This document shows positions 28,992 to 38,308 of a stretch of 41,121 nt of DNA, one piece after another. The position numbers and the translations under genes are program-made. Position 1 is the stretch's first letter. Each line of letters starts with the position of its first letter. The DNA is from Candidatus Kaiserbacteria bacterium (GTDB lineage: Bacteria > Patescibacteriota > Minisyncoccia > Phycocordibacterales > Phycocordibacteraceae). The DNA is taken from NCBI GenBank assembly GCA_026396715.1, contig JAPLWH010000004.1, positions 1-41,121 on the forward strand. The letters are read 5' to 3'. Below the pieces are notes generated by a model. It was not told where the DNA came from, did no database searches, and saw only the letters and a list, made by a program, of their open reading frames with translations.

Positions 28992-30130
28992 TGCGCGATA
29001 CCATACCGGCGGACGAACTTTTAAGCAAAGCGCACGCGTTTGGACAGTATTATGGCTTCACGCCGCTCTCGACGCTAACTGCGGCCTCACGCGGTGCCGC
29101 ACGCAAAGCTACTGAGTATCCGGACGTACTCAATCATCTTGGCAATGACGCGACGGCCGAGACGCTTACTAGCTTTTTGAAACAGTGTCAGCGCATCTCG
29201 TTCACACCATCGCCGCGCCAGCCGCTCTTTGTCTGGCACACGAACATTGCACCGGGCCGCCCCGCACCGAAAAAAGCAATCATACAGCTGCACGCGCTCG
29301 GCGCCGACCATGCGCTCGCCGACGCCGTCATCATCCGTGCACTGAGCGCACTTGTCCGCGACCTGTTCCATGAAGAACCCGTCGTGCGTGTCAATTCCAT
29401 GGGCGACAAGGAAACCCGCGCGCGCTACGCACGCGAACTCGGAAACTTCTTCAAGAAGCGTGCGAATTCACTTCCCGAAGAATGCGTAAGCTGCGCGAAG
29501 CAGGATACGTTTCTCGCCGCGGAGCTTCTTATCGCGCGCGAATGCGCTGAGGACTTGCCGGCGCCGACCGAGCACCTCTCCGACGCGAGCCGCAAACGCT
29601 TCGAAGATTTGCTTGAATACCTCGAGATGACCGAAACACCCTATGAGCTCGCTCGCAATCTCATCAGCCGCGGCAATGTCTGGAACGATACCTGTTTCGA
29701 AATTACCGCAGGAGGACGTCGCGTCGCATGGGGCTCGCACTATGGCGATTTTACTCGTCACTTCTTCCCCACCCCTTTTAGTGCGACTGGCGCAGTACTT
29801 CAGATAGCGAGCACGGGCGCGGTCGTGAAGCGCGCAGTGCCGACGCAGATGCGCTTCTCCTTCGTCCACATCGGCGACGAAGCGAAACGACTCTCGATCC
29901 GGCTCGCCGAAGACTTCCGCAAAGCGCGTATCTCTTTGACGCAAAACATCGGCGTCGAGTCCCTGACCGAACAGCTCACGCTCGCCGAGAAGCGCGAAAG
30001 CCCGTACCTCCTCATCATGGGCCGCAAAGAAGCGCTCGAAGGCTCTGCCATCCTGCGCAACCGGCAGACCCAGGAAGAAACCGTCCTCCCCCTCTCCGGC
30101 CTCATCGAGCGTCTGAAGACGGTTGCGTAA
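28988..30130 (+). CDS. Degenerate histidyl-tRNA-synthetase-like protein with HGTP anticodon-binding domain
   Basis: YYGF, VRVNSMGD, HisRS-like insertion, NLISRG, C-terminal LIMGRKEA..LRN..Q; motifs 2 and 3 degenerate. Confidence 0.7.
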   Translation: MMRDTIPADELLSKAHAFGQYYGFTPLSTLTAASRGAARKATEYPDVLNHLGNDATAETLTSFLKQCQRISFTPSPRQPLFVWHTNIAPGRPAPKKAIIQLHALGADHALADAVIIRALSALVRDLFHEEPVVRVNSMGDKETRARYARELGNFFKKRANSLPEECVSCAKQDTFLAAELLIARECAEDLPAPTEHLSDASRKRFEDLLEYLEMTETPYELARNLISRGNVWNDTCFEITAGGRRVAWGSHYGDFTRHFFPTPFSATGAVLQIASTGAVVKRAVPTQMRFSFVHIGDEAKRLSIRLAEDFRKARISLTQNIGVESLTEQLTLAEKRESPYLLIMGRKEALEGSAILRNRQTQEETVLPLSGLIERLKTVA

Positions 30131-30179
30131 GCTCACAGAGTAGACAATTGCAGTCTCGGTGTGCTAAAGTCTCCTTCAT

Positions 30180-30446
30180 ATGACAGCAGGCACACGAGTT
30201 GAGGTCCGACGCGGAAAGAACGAGAGTTCAACCGCGCTTATTCGCCGTTTTACCCGCCGCGCGCAGGGTCTCGGCCTCGTGCGCGAAGTGCGCAACGGCC
30301 GCTACTTCGAGCGCACCAAATCGAAGAATGTCGGCCACAAGCGCGCTCTCATTTCCAAAGTACGCCGCGAGACATACAACGAGCTCGTAAAGCTCGGCAA
30401 GATTGATCCGGCAGCGAAGAAGGTGCGCAAGGGCGGCAAGCGTTAG
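30180..30446 (+). CDS. rpsU: 30S ribosomal protein S21-like
   Basis: VEVRRGKNES..LIRRFTRR..GLVREVR..YFER; basic; promoter TAGACA-18-TAAAGT. Confidence 0.72.
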   Translation: MTAGTRVEVRRGKNESSTALIRRFTRRAQGLGLVREVRNGRYFERTKSKNVGHKRALISKVRRETYNELVKLGKIDPAAKKVRKGGKR

Positions 30447-30450
30447 GCGA

Positions 30451-30927
30451 ATGTCGGGCGTTTCAATTAAGAATCTGACGCGGCGCAACAGTGTGCCGCG
30501 TTTTGCGTATGCGGCCATCGTGACGAACGTACTTCCCGGCTGGGACCTCTCGCTCGTCTTCGTCGGCCCCGCGCAAGCACGTAAGTTGAACGAGCAGATG
30601 CGCGGCAAGACCTACGTGCCGAATGTTCTTTCCTATACTCTCGGCGAAAAGAGTGGCGAAATCATCATCTGCCTGAGCGAAGCCGACAAGCAAGCCGTTT
30701 CGTACGACATGGATCGGCAGACCTTCGTCCTCTATCTGTTTATCCACGGCGTACTGCATATAAAAGGATGGGCGCACAGTGCTAAGATGGAGACATGCGA
30801 ACAAACTCTCTTGGCAAAATTCGCCAAGGGTAGCGGGCGCACAAATTTACATGAAACGACGCATAGCAACCGGCATCGACATCGGCACCTACCAAGTAAA
30901 GGTGGTCGTCATCGAGGAGATCACTGA
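30451..30927 (+). CDS. ybeY: rRNA maturation endoribonuclease YbeY
   Basis: LNEQMRGK..PNVLSY, GEIIIC, IHGVLHIKGWAH. Confidence 0.9.
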   Translation: MSGVSIKNLTRRNSVPRFAYAAIVTNVLPGWDLSLVFVGPAQARKLNEQMRGKTYVPNVLSYTLGEKSGEIIICLSEADKQAVSYDMDRQTFVLYLFIHGVLHIKGWAHSAKMETCEQTLLAKFAKGSGRTNLHETTHSNRHRHRHLPSKGGRHRGDH

Positions 30928-32011
30928 CAAGCGCACTGGCGTGCGGCAGGTGCGCATCCTCGGCACGGGCCTTGCCGAGTCGAAAGGGTTGCGGCACGGC
31001 TACATCGTCAATACGGAGGAAGTCTCCGTAAGTATCCGCGAAGCGAAGCGACAAGCAGAGGCTGCGGCGCACGTCCCGCTGCATGCCGGATTCCTCGCGG
31101 TCGGCGGCATCTCGCTCGACGAAGCGCGGGCAACCGGCTTCGCCATCATCTCGCGCGCTGATCAGGAGATCACCGCGCTCGATCTCGAAAAAGCGGCGCA
31201 TGCGGCACGCGAAGCGGCCGCGCCAGGATTCCTGAACCGGCACGTACTCCATAGCATTCCAGTCGAATACCGTATCGACGGAACTAAAGTGCTCGGCGAC
31301 CCGCTCGGCATGAAGGGTGTCCGACTCGAAGCTGATTACCTTTTCATAACGTGTCTCGCGCAGCACCAGGAAGCGCTCGCGAAAGCGGTCGAGGCTGCAG
31401 ACATCGAAGTCATCGACCAAATGGCTTCCCCGCTCGCGGGCTCCTACGTGCTCCTTGAAGGCGACCAGAAGATGAAAGGCTGTGTCCTCGCAAATATCGG
31501 CGCCGAGACGGTCTCGATCGTTGTCTACGATGAAGGTATTCCTGTTTCCGTAAAAGTATTCCCAATCGGTTCGAGCCATATTACCGACGACATCGCGCTT
31601 GGATTCCGCATCTCGCTCGAAGAGGCTGAGCGCGTGAAGCTTGGCCGACTCTCGGGACAGATGTACTCGCGCAAGAAAGTCGACGACCTCGTTGCGAGCC
31701 GCCTCAGCATGATGTTCGCGCTCATCGACAAGCATCTCAAGTCGCTCGGCCGTCGCGGACCACTGCCCGCAGGCATCATAATTTCCGGCGGCGGCGCGGG
31801 CGCGGGTTCCATCAGCGACATCGCGAAAGGATCGCTGAAGCTCCCGGCGCGCCTCGCAGAGTTCCGCCTCTCGTCCGACACGAAGATCCGCGACGCGACC
31901 TGGGCGGTCGCGTACGGCCTCGCGCTCTGGGGGCTTACCGGCGACACGAATGCGCCGAAGAAAAATCTTCGCGCATCGCTCGGCAAATTTTTACAACAAT
32001 TCTTGCCGTAA
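30851..32011 (+). CDS. ftsA: Cell division protein FtsA
   Basis: GIDIGTYQVK, SKGLRHG, NIGAETV, IGSSHITDDIA, AERVK, ISGGGA. Confidence 0.94.
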   Translation: MKRRIATGIDIGTYQVKVVVIEEITDKRTGVRQVRILGTGLAESKGLRHGYIVNTEEVSVSIREAKRQAEAAAHVPLHAGFLAVGGISLDEARATGFAIISRADQEITALDLEKAAHAAREAAAPGFLNRHVLHSIPVEYRIDGTKVLGDPLGMKGVRLEADYLFITCLAQHQEALAKAVEAADIEVIDQMASPLAGSYVLLEGDQKMKGCVLANIGAETVSIVVYDEGIPVSVKVFPIGSSHITDDIALGFRISLEEAERVKLGRLSGQMYSRKKVDDLVASRLSMMFALIDKHLKSLGRRGPLPAGIIISGGGAGAGSISDIAKGSLKLPARLAEFRLSSDTKIRDATWAVAYGLALWGLTGDTNAPKKNLRASLGKFLQQFLP

Positions 32012-32109
32012 CTCGATATTGCGCGTATCTCCAGTGCAAAATGGCGATTCTCATTCGTCAATTGTCAATATTTGCATACCGTCCGATTCTGCTATGATAG
32101 CGACTAAGT

Positions 32110-33363
32110 ATGTCCAAGCGCATTGAGCCTGAAATCGAAACATTTGCACGAATCCGTGTGGTCGGTGTGGGAGGGTCCGGCAACAATGCTGTGAACCACA
32201 TGATCAACTCGAAGGTTCGCGGTGTCGAATTCATCGCCGTCAATACTGACGCCCAGGACCTCCATCGTTCGCTCGCAAAGCGCAAGATCCACATCGGCAA
32301 GAACCTCACGCGCGGACTCGGCGCGGGCATGAATCCAGAGCTCGGCAAGCGCGCGGGCGAAGAGACGCGTCAGGAGATTCAGGAAGCGCTCCAGGGTTCC
32401 GACATGGTATTCATCACGTGCGGCATGGGCGGCGGCACAGGCTCAGGCGCCGCTCCGGTCGTCGCGAAAATCGCGAAAGAGATCGGCGCACTCACGGTTG
32501 CGATCGTGACGAAGCCTTTCAGTTTTGAAGGCGCACAGCGCAAAGAGATCGCGGAGCGCGGCCTGGCCGAACTCAAGAAAGAAGTTGACGCTTTCATCGT
32601 GATTCCGAACGACAAGCTGCTCGCCGTCGTCGAAGCGCAGACCTCGGCGAAGTCTGCATTTGCTATGTGCGACGAAATCCTCCGCCAAGCAGTCGAGGGC
32701 GTCTCCGACATCATCACGACACCGGGAGACATCAACACCGACTTCAATGACATCAAAGCCATCATGGAAGGCGCAGGTCCGGCACTCATGGGCATCGGCG
32801 TCGCTGAAGGTGACGACCGCGCAAAAGAGGCGGCGAAGCGCGCCGTCAATTCCCCACTCCTCGATGTCTCGATTTCAGGCGCGAAAGGCATTCTCTTCGT
32901 CGTCGCTGGTGCAGACGACCTCGGCATCATGGAAGTACAGGAGGCGGCGAAAGTCATCAACGAGTCCATCGACAAAAATGCGAAGGTCATCTTCGGCATG
33001 ATGAAGGACGACAAGTTGAAGAAGGGTCAAATCCGTATCATCGTCATCGCAACCGGCTTCCCCGAGAGCGCCGCACACGCTGTACTACCGAGCATCGAGC
33101 GTTCCCTTTTTGCTGTACCTACCGAACGACGCGAGGAAGAACGCGGTCGCATCTACCATGAGATATTGAAACGCGACGAGACAGAAACGAAGACAGAGAA
33201 AACGGAAAAGATAGATTTTGTAAAAAGCGAACCGATCAAAGAAGTGAAGGAGGAACCTATCGTGACCGCGACGCCGCAGAAACGCGAAGCTGTAGCACCG
33301 GCTCCGGAAGATGAAGAAGCTTGGGGCGCGATTCCAGCATTCTTGCGCAGGCACAAGAAATAA
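32110..33363 (+). CDS. ftsZ: Cell division protein FtsZ
   Basis: VGVGGSGNNA, GMGGGTGSG, NTDFND, C-terminal IPAFLRR. Confidence 0.98.
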   Translation: MSKRIEPEIETFARIRVVGVGGSGNNAVNHMINSKVRGVEFIAVNTDAQDLHRSLAKRKIHIGKNLTRGLGAGMNPELGKRAGEETRQEIQEALQGSDMVFITCGMGGGTGSGAAPVVAKIAKEIGALTVAIVTKPFSFEGAQRKEIAERGLAELKKEVDAFIVIPNDKLLAVVEAQTSAKSAFAMCDEILRQAVEGVSDIITTPGDINTDFNDIKAIMEGAGPALMGIGVAEGDDRAKEAAKRAVNSPLLDVSISGAKGILFVVAGADDLGIMEVQEAAKVINESIDKNAKVIFGMMKDDKLKKGQIRIIVIATGFPESAAHAVLPSIERSLFAVPTERREEERGRIYHEILKRDETETKTEKTEKIDFVKSEPIKEVKEEPIVTATPQKREAVAPAPEDEEAWGAIPAFLRRHKK

Positions 33364-33372
33364 GTCATGCGG

Positions 33373-33413
33373 AGCAAAACAACGCGGCGCCTTTGGCGCC
33401 GCGTTGTTTTGCT
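33373..33413. terminator. Terminator after ftsZ
   Basis: AGCAAAACAACGCGGCGCC-ttt-GGCGCCGCGTTGTTTTGCT. Confidence 0.82.
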
Positions 33414-33451
33414 TCTCTCGGCTATGAACGGTACACTACGAGCTATATGTA

Positions 33452-33529
33452 CCCCGTTAGAAATGACGGACTTATATGCTTACCTTATTCACACTTATGA
33501 ACGAGACGAACCGTCCTATTTCTAACGAG
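33452..33529 (+). mobile_element. Start-codon-inserted hairpin element, copy 3 (trxB)
   Basis: ATGTA|CCCCGTTAGAAAT...TCCTATTTCTAACGAG|GTGCA. Confidence 0.65.
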
Positions 33530-34453
33530 GTGCACGACCTCATCATCATCGGCGGCGGACCGGCGGGCGTCGCCGCGGGCGTCTACGCGGCTCGCAAACA
33601 CTTGAAGACCGCCCTCATTACGGAAGAGATCGGCGGACAATCGGTCGTCTCCGATGGCATAGAGAACTGGATCGGCACGCCGAAGATCAGCGGCGCCGAT
33701 CTCGCGAAATCATTCAAAGCGCATCTCGACGCCGTGAAAGGCGACGTGGTAACGCTGGTACTCGGCGAACGGGTCGTGTCGCTCACAAAAGCCCCAGAAG
33801 GATTCCTCGCGAAGACGAAGACCGGAAAAGAGTTTACGGCGAAAGCGGTGCTCATCGCCACCGGCGCGGGCCGCCGCAAGCTCGACGTCCCTGGCGCACA
33901 CCTCTTTGAGAACAAAGGCGTTACCTACTGCGCCTCTTGCGACGGACCGCTCTTCGGCGGCATGGACGTCGCGGTCATCGGCGGCGGCAATGCAGGCTTC
34001 GAGACGGCGCTCCAGCTCCTCGCGTATGCAAAGTCGGTCACGCTCATCCATCGCCATAAAGAGTTCAAGGCCGATGCGGTCACGGTCGAGAAAGCGAGCG
34101 CGCACCCGAACATGCGTATCATCCGGCACGCTGAACCGACTGAGGTCATGGGCACGCAGTTCGTAACCGGTTTGAAATACAAAGACAAAGACTCGGGCGA
34201 GGTACAAGAGCTCGCCGTCTCCGGCGTCTTCGTCGAAGCGGGCGTCATCCCGAATACCGACTTCACTGAGGGGCTCGTGGAACTCGACGCAGTCAAACGC
34301 GTGAAGACCGATCCGCGCAATCAGCACACGAGCGTCGAAGGCGTCTGGGCGGCGGGAGACTGCACCGACGAGCTCTATCATCAGAACAACATCGCCACCG
34401 GCGACGGCGTGAAGGCGCTCGAAGACATCTACCTCTGGATCAAGAAGCAGTAG
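33530..34453 (+). CDS. trxB: Thioredoxin reductase / AhpF C-terminal-like FAD disulfide reductase
   Basis: DLIIIGGGPAG, CASCDG, IGGGNAG, WAAGD; start is GTG 33530 or in-frame ATG 33497. Confidence 0.9.
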   Translation: MHDLIIIGGGPAGVAAGVYAARKHLKTALITEEIGGQSVVSDGIENWIGTPKISGADLAKSFKAHLDAVKGDVVTLVLGERVVSLTKAPEGFLAKTKTGKEFTAKAVLIATGAGRRKLDVPGAHLFENKGVTYCASCDGPLFGGMDVAVIGGGNAGFETALQLLAYAKSVTLIHRHKEFKADAVTVEKASAHPNMRIIRHAEPTEVMGTQFVTGLKYKDKDSGEVQELAVSGVFVEAGVIPNTDFTEGLVELDAVKRVKTDPRNQHTSVEGVWAAGDCTDELYHQNNIATGDGVKALEDIYLWIKKQ

Positions 34454-34493
34454 TGCATATCCCGAAATACTGCGTCATACTGTAGTCCTTACG

Positions 34494-35204
34494 ATGCCTA
34501 CGAAAGATTCTTTTACCCTCAAAGATGTGTTCCGTCGTGAGCGGCTGACGTCGCTCCTCACAGCGCTCACACTGCTCGCTGCTGCGTACGTGGTTGAACA
34601 CTTCGCCAATACGTACGCATTTGAATATTCCCTGCGTTCGACTTCGAATCATGTTGGGGATCTCATTCTGGATAATCTCCCCGTCGTCAATTTGAATTTC
34701 ATCATTATCGAGGGTGCGCTTACCGCTATCATCTTCGGAACGCTGTTCGTCGTATTCCTCAGGCCGCGCTATCTCCTCTTCACGCTCAAGGCTATCGCGC
34801 TCTTTATCATGGTACGCGCGCTATTCATCTCCCTCACCCATGTGGGCATCTATCCGGATCATATCGTTCCGGGGTACGGACTCTTCGACGGCATCTACCA
34901 ATATCTCAACTTCGAGACGGGGCTCTTCTTCTCCGGCCACACCGGCCTCCCATTCCTCATGGCGCTCATCTTCTGGCAGACGCCGCTGGCACGATACTTT
35001 TTCTTAGCCCTGTCATGTATCGGCGGCGTTGCCGTGCTCCTTGCACACATTCACTATTCCATCGACGTCTTCGCCGCGCCGTTTATGACCTATAGCATAT
35101 TCAGGATCGCCTTGTACCTCTTCCCGCATGATCATGCGCTCATTGAGCCAGTAGCGGATACGGCACTTACCGCACTAGAGGAAAAACAAAAGAGGTTAGA
35201 TTAG
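34494..35204 (+). CDS. PAP2-superfamily membrane protein (sphingomyelin-synthase-like subgroup)
   Basis: About six TMs, FFSGHT and HYSIDV motifs. Confidence 0.75.
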   Translation: MPTKDSFTLKDVFRRERLTSLLTALTLLAAAYVVEHFANTYAFEYSLRSTSNHVGDLILDNLPVVNLNFIIIEGALTAIIFGTLFVVFLRPRYLLFTLKAIALFIMVRALFISLTHVGIYPDHIVPGYGLFDGIYQYLNFETGLFFSGHTGLPFLMALIFWQTPLARYFFLALSCIGGVAVLLAHIHYSIDVFAAPFMTYSIFRIALYLFPHDHALIEPVADTALTALEEKQKRLD

Positions 35205-35210
35205 AACATC

Positions 35211-36311
35211 GTGAGGATTAACTTTGACTATCTCAATATCTTCAAAGAGCCAGTACTCTTTGGTGCGCTCATGGTGCGCCGTGCACTCAGGCGGAAAATG
35301 ACGACGACATCTGATGCCATCCTTATCGTCAATACCTGCCTTATCGGGGAATTTGCGGCCTCAGCGCAAGCGCTCCATGAATTCATCCGCGCCCATGAAG
35401 GCGCGACGTCGATAGATCTACTCGTATCTCCTCCCCTCAAATCGCTAGCGCAACACGTACAGGGCGTGCGCACGGTTTATATCGCTAAGTCGGTCTTCGC
35501 GCGTACTGCTGAGCACTCGCACGATACCAAACAACAGTTCGGCTCGTATAAAAAGATAATCGTCATGCGTATAAGCCCCGACGCCTACCGGATGCTTGGC
35601 GCCATTGAGACCGTGGAGATGCGGACCAGTCTTCCGCATCTCGTGACATACGGCATCCATCTCGCGTGGAATCTTCTACTCGGAGAAACGCCGAGATCAT
35701 GGAGAGAGGTTAGTTTTGACATGCTTAATAAAGCGCCGCGAAACATACCGTTCGATGAACTATTCAGCATCCCCAGCACAGAATACGCGCGAATCAGGGC
35801 GTTGCCAGCACTGCAGACCGTGCAGAAAAAAGTGATTGTTCATACCGGCTCCAGCTGGTCCATGAACCACTGGGATGCCGACAATTGGGTCGAGCTCATC
35901 AAAAAATTGCACGCGCTCGGCGATTTCAGATTTATTTTCGTTGGTGCGCAGAAGGACAAAGCAGACTATCGATACATATCCTCCCGACTATCATTGCAAA
36001 CCTATTCGCTGATTGGTCAGATCGACCTCCTCGATCTGACTCTCGTTCTGCGCACGAGCGATTACTTCATCGGGGTGGATAGCGGGCCGCGTAATCTCGC
36101 ACACCTTGTCGGTCTCCCGAGCATCACGCTACTTGGGCCCGGACCTCATATGTTCACACCGCATAATCCACATGACATCGTGCTTGATCGATCAGAGGGC
36201 CGGGGCCTGTACCAGCGGTTTTTTTATCAGAGGGAGCAAAACCGTTTTATCGAACGCATCACGCCACAGAATGTGTACGGAGCTTTCAAAGATCGTTTAT
36301 ACCGCGCTTGA
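35211..36311 (+). CDS. Glycosyltransferase family 9 (heptosyltransferase-like)
   Basis: LIGEF, HTGSS..HW, FIGVDSGPRNLAHLVGLPSITLLGP. Confidence 0.82.
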   Translation: MRINFDYLNIFKEPVLFGALMVRRALRRKMTTTSDAILIVNTCLIGEFAASAQALHEFIRAHEGATSIDLLVSPPLKSLAQHVQGVRTVYIAKSVFARTAEHSHDTKQQFGSYKKIIVMRISPDAYRMLGAIETVEMRTSLPHLVTYGIHLAWNLLLGETPRSWREVSFDMLNKAPRNIPFDELFSIPSTEYARIRALPALQTVQKKVIVHTGSSWSMNHWDADNWVELIKKLHALGDFRFIFVGAQKDKADYRYISSRLSLQTYSLIGQIDLLDLTLVLRTSDYFIGVDSGPRNLAHLVGLPSITLLGPGPHMFTPHNPHDIVLDRSEGRGLYQRFFYQREQNRFIERITPQNVYGAFKDRLYRA

Positions 36312-36317
36312 GGCTGC

Positions 36318-37043
36318 TTATCGTATCACTTTCCATTCCTTACTGACCGAACGTCTGAAAAACTTTACCATTATGCCGTTCACGGTCCAAAGAGCCCAGA
36401 GACACAGCCATCCGACCTTGTGCGCCCGCCGCCCAGTATGGAACACGACAAGCTTCGGATCGAGACGCGTCGTGCCGATACGTGCAAGGCGCATAAACAT
36501 ATCCATATCCTCGAGCGCCACAATGCTTTCATCGTAACCGCCCGCCTTACTGAAGGCTGAAGCAGGTATAATCTGGAGTTCTCCTGGTGCGGCAGGGCTG
36601 TGCAGAACATTGTTCATTACACGATTAAAGAGATTGAAGTACGCCGCAAACATGGCATCGGCTATCGTGCGTTCAGAGGCAAGCACTTTGAGTCGAGGAA
36701 TGAGACCGGAGAGCTGCGGGTCACGCTCAAACCGCCGGAGCACATGAGAAAAGAAAGAATCCATATCCGATATAAAAACGTCGGCGTCGATAAAAACGAG
36801 GAAGTCCCCGCGTGCTTTCCGAGCGCCGGCATTTTTCCCCATGGCGATATTCTGGCGTGTCGGCTCTCGCCATTCAATCACTTTGTCGGCGAGATGACGC
36901 GCAATGGCGAGCGTCCCGTCGGTCGAGCCGCCATCGGAAACGATGATTTCAAAGGGTATCGTTTTGAGTTTGTGCAATGATGTCAACATGCGCTCGAGTA
37001 TCTTCTCTTCGTTGAGTGTTGGGATGATGAAAGAGAACTTCAT
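36318..37043 (-). CDS. Glycosyltransferase family 2
   Basis: SFIIPTLNEE, SDGGSTDGT, FIDADV, GGYDE..LEDMD. Confidence 0.9.
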   Translation of the reverse strand: MKFSFIIPTLNEEKILERMLTSLHKLKTIPFEIIVSDGGSTDGTLAIARHLADKVIEWREPTRQNIAMGKNAGARKARGDFLVFIDADVFISDMDSFFSHVLRRFERDPQLSGLIPRLKVLASERTIADAMFAAYFNLFNRVMNNVLHSPAAPGELQIIPASAFSKAGGYDESIVALEDMDMFMRLARIGTTRLDPKLVVFHTGRRAHKVGWLCLWALWTVNGIMVKFFRRSVSKEWKVIR

Positions 37044-37047
37044 GACA

Positions 37048-37653
37048 TCAATCTACCATCCGCGCGACGTAGCGCGAGAACGCCCGCAGACCGAAGAAAA
37101 ATAGCACCAGCGTCATGAACATGACGGCAACTCGGTAGGACCATGGGATGAGCGCGTAGAGATTGCCGAAGAAATAGCCGAGTGTCATAAGAAAGAGTGT
37201 CCAGGCAAACCCTGCGAGCAGATTTACCGTCGCATAACGCGCGAAGGGTATGCGGAGCATTCCCGCAGCCAGAAGGGTTGCCGTGCCCGTGCCAAATCCC
37301 ATCGTGAGCTTCGATATCGTAAGGATCTTCGTATCATACTTCTTGAAAAGAAGTTCCATATGCTCGATACTGCGAGGAGTCACACCTACCCAGTGCCCGA
37401 AACGTTCTATCGCGCTGCGCGCCGCAAAGTAACCGATCCAATACCATGCCAAATCGGCAACAAAATCGCCCGCAACCATTGCCAGATACGCAGGCCAAAA
37501 CTCCACTTGTCCGAGATGTAGTAGAAACCCCGAACCCATCATGACAAGCGGTCCCTCGGTAAAAGTCCCGATAAATAAGAGAATATATTTCGATGCGGCA
37601 AGCGCCACGATGATCGAACTGAAAAGTGGGAGCTGAAAAAAAGTATCGAACAT
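37048..37653 (-). CDS. DedA-family membrane protein
   Basis: EGP, GDFVADLAWYWIG, AGMLRIPFARY..N..W..LGYFFG. Confidence 0.85.
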   Translation of the reverse strand: MFDTFFQLPLFSSIIVALAASKYILLFIGTFTEGPLVMMGSGFLLHLGQVEFWPAYLAMVAGDFVADLAWYWIGYFAARSAIERFGHWVGVTPRSIEHMELLFKKYDTKILTISKLTMGFGTGTATLLAAGMLRIPFARYATVNLLAGFAWTLFLMTLGYFFGNLYALIPWSYRVAVMFMTLVLFFFGLRAFSRYVARMVD

Positions 37654-37669
37654 TGTTTCCGCAAGTATA

Positions 37670-38293
37670 CTACGTCGACCGGAGAGTGTTCTTTATCGCC
37701 GCGATCCCATTCTGAATCTGCTCGGGAAGGTCGTTTCTTGAAGGATCAAAAGTATAGACAAAAGGAACATCGGGAATCGAAAAGTTTTTCTTGTGCACAT
37801 TAAAGCGCTCGACGGCATGCTCGCCATCTTTAAAAAGCCAAGTGTGGCGATAGTGTCTGAGCTTGTCGATGATGAACGCCTCGGGAGGATTGGTATGAAT
37901 GAATATCTGCCGCACATGTGGGAATGCATCTTTGGTCTTTTTATTGTACTCGAGTCCGAATGGACTCCCCGTATTGGCGTCGATTGCGATGCTGTAGCCG
38001 AGACTGAGGTACTTCTTGCTAAGTTCGTGTGTAATCTCTCGGCAACCCTCGTACGCGTAGCCGCGACTCTTTAATCGCCTGCGCACCTCGTCGGTAGAGA
38101 TGCGGATGAGTCCGAAATGTTCCGCAAGCAGCTTCACGACCGTCGTTTTCCCCGCGCCGACGAGCCCGACCGGCATGAGCATCCATTGCGGAGATGGTCG
38201 GCGGTCTGGAATGACGAGCGTCCGCTCGTATTCTCTTGCCACCTCTTCCAGCACTTCTTTCGGCGCATACAGGGGCAAAAATGGATCGGACAT
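37670..38293 (-). CDS. P-loop nucleotide kinase-like protein
   Basis: GLVGAGKTT, ISTDEVR, IAIDAN. Confidence 0.8.
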   Translation of the reverse strand: MSDPFLPLYAPKEVLEEVAREYERTLVIPDRRPSPQWMLMPVGLVGAGKTTVVKLLAEHFGLIRISTDEVRRRLKSRGYAYEGCREITHELSKKYLSLGYSIAIDANTGSPFGLEYNKKTKDAFPHVRQIFIHTNPPEAFIIDKLRHYRHTWLFKDGEHAVERFNVHKKNFSIPDVPFVYTFDPSRNDLPEQIQNGIAAIKNTLRST

Positions 38294-38308
38294 ATCGATG
38301 CGAGCCGC

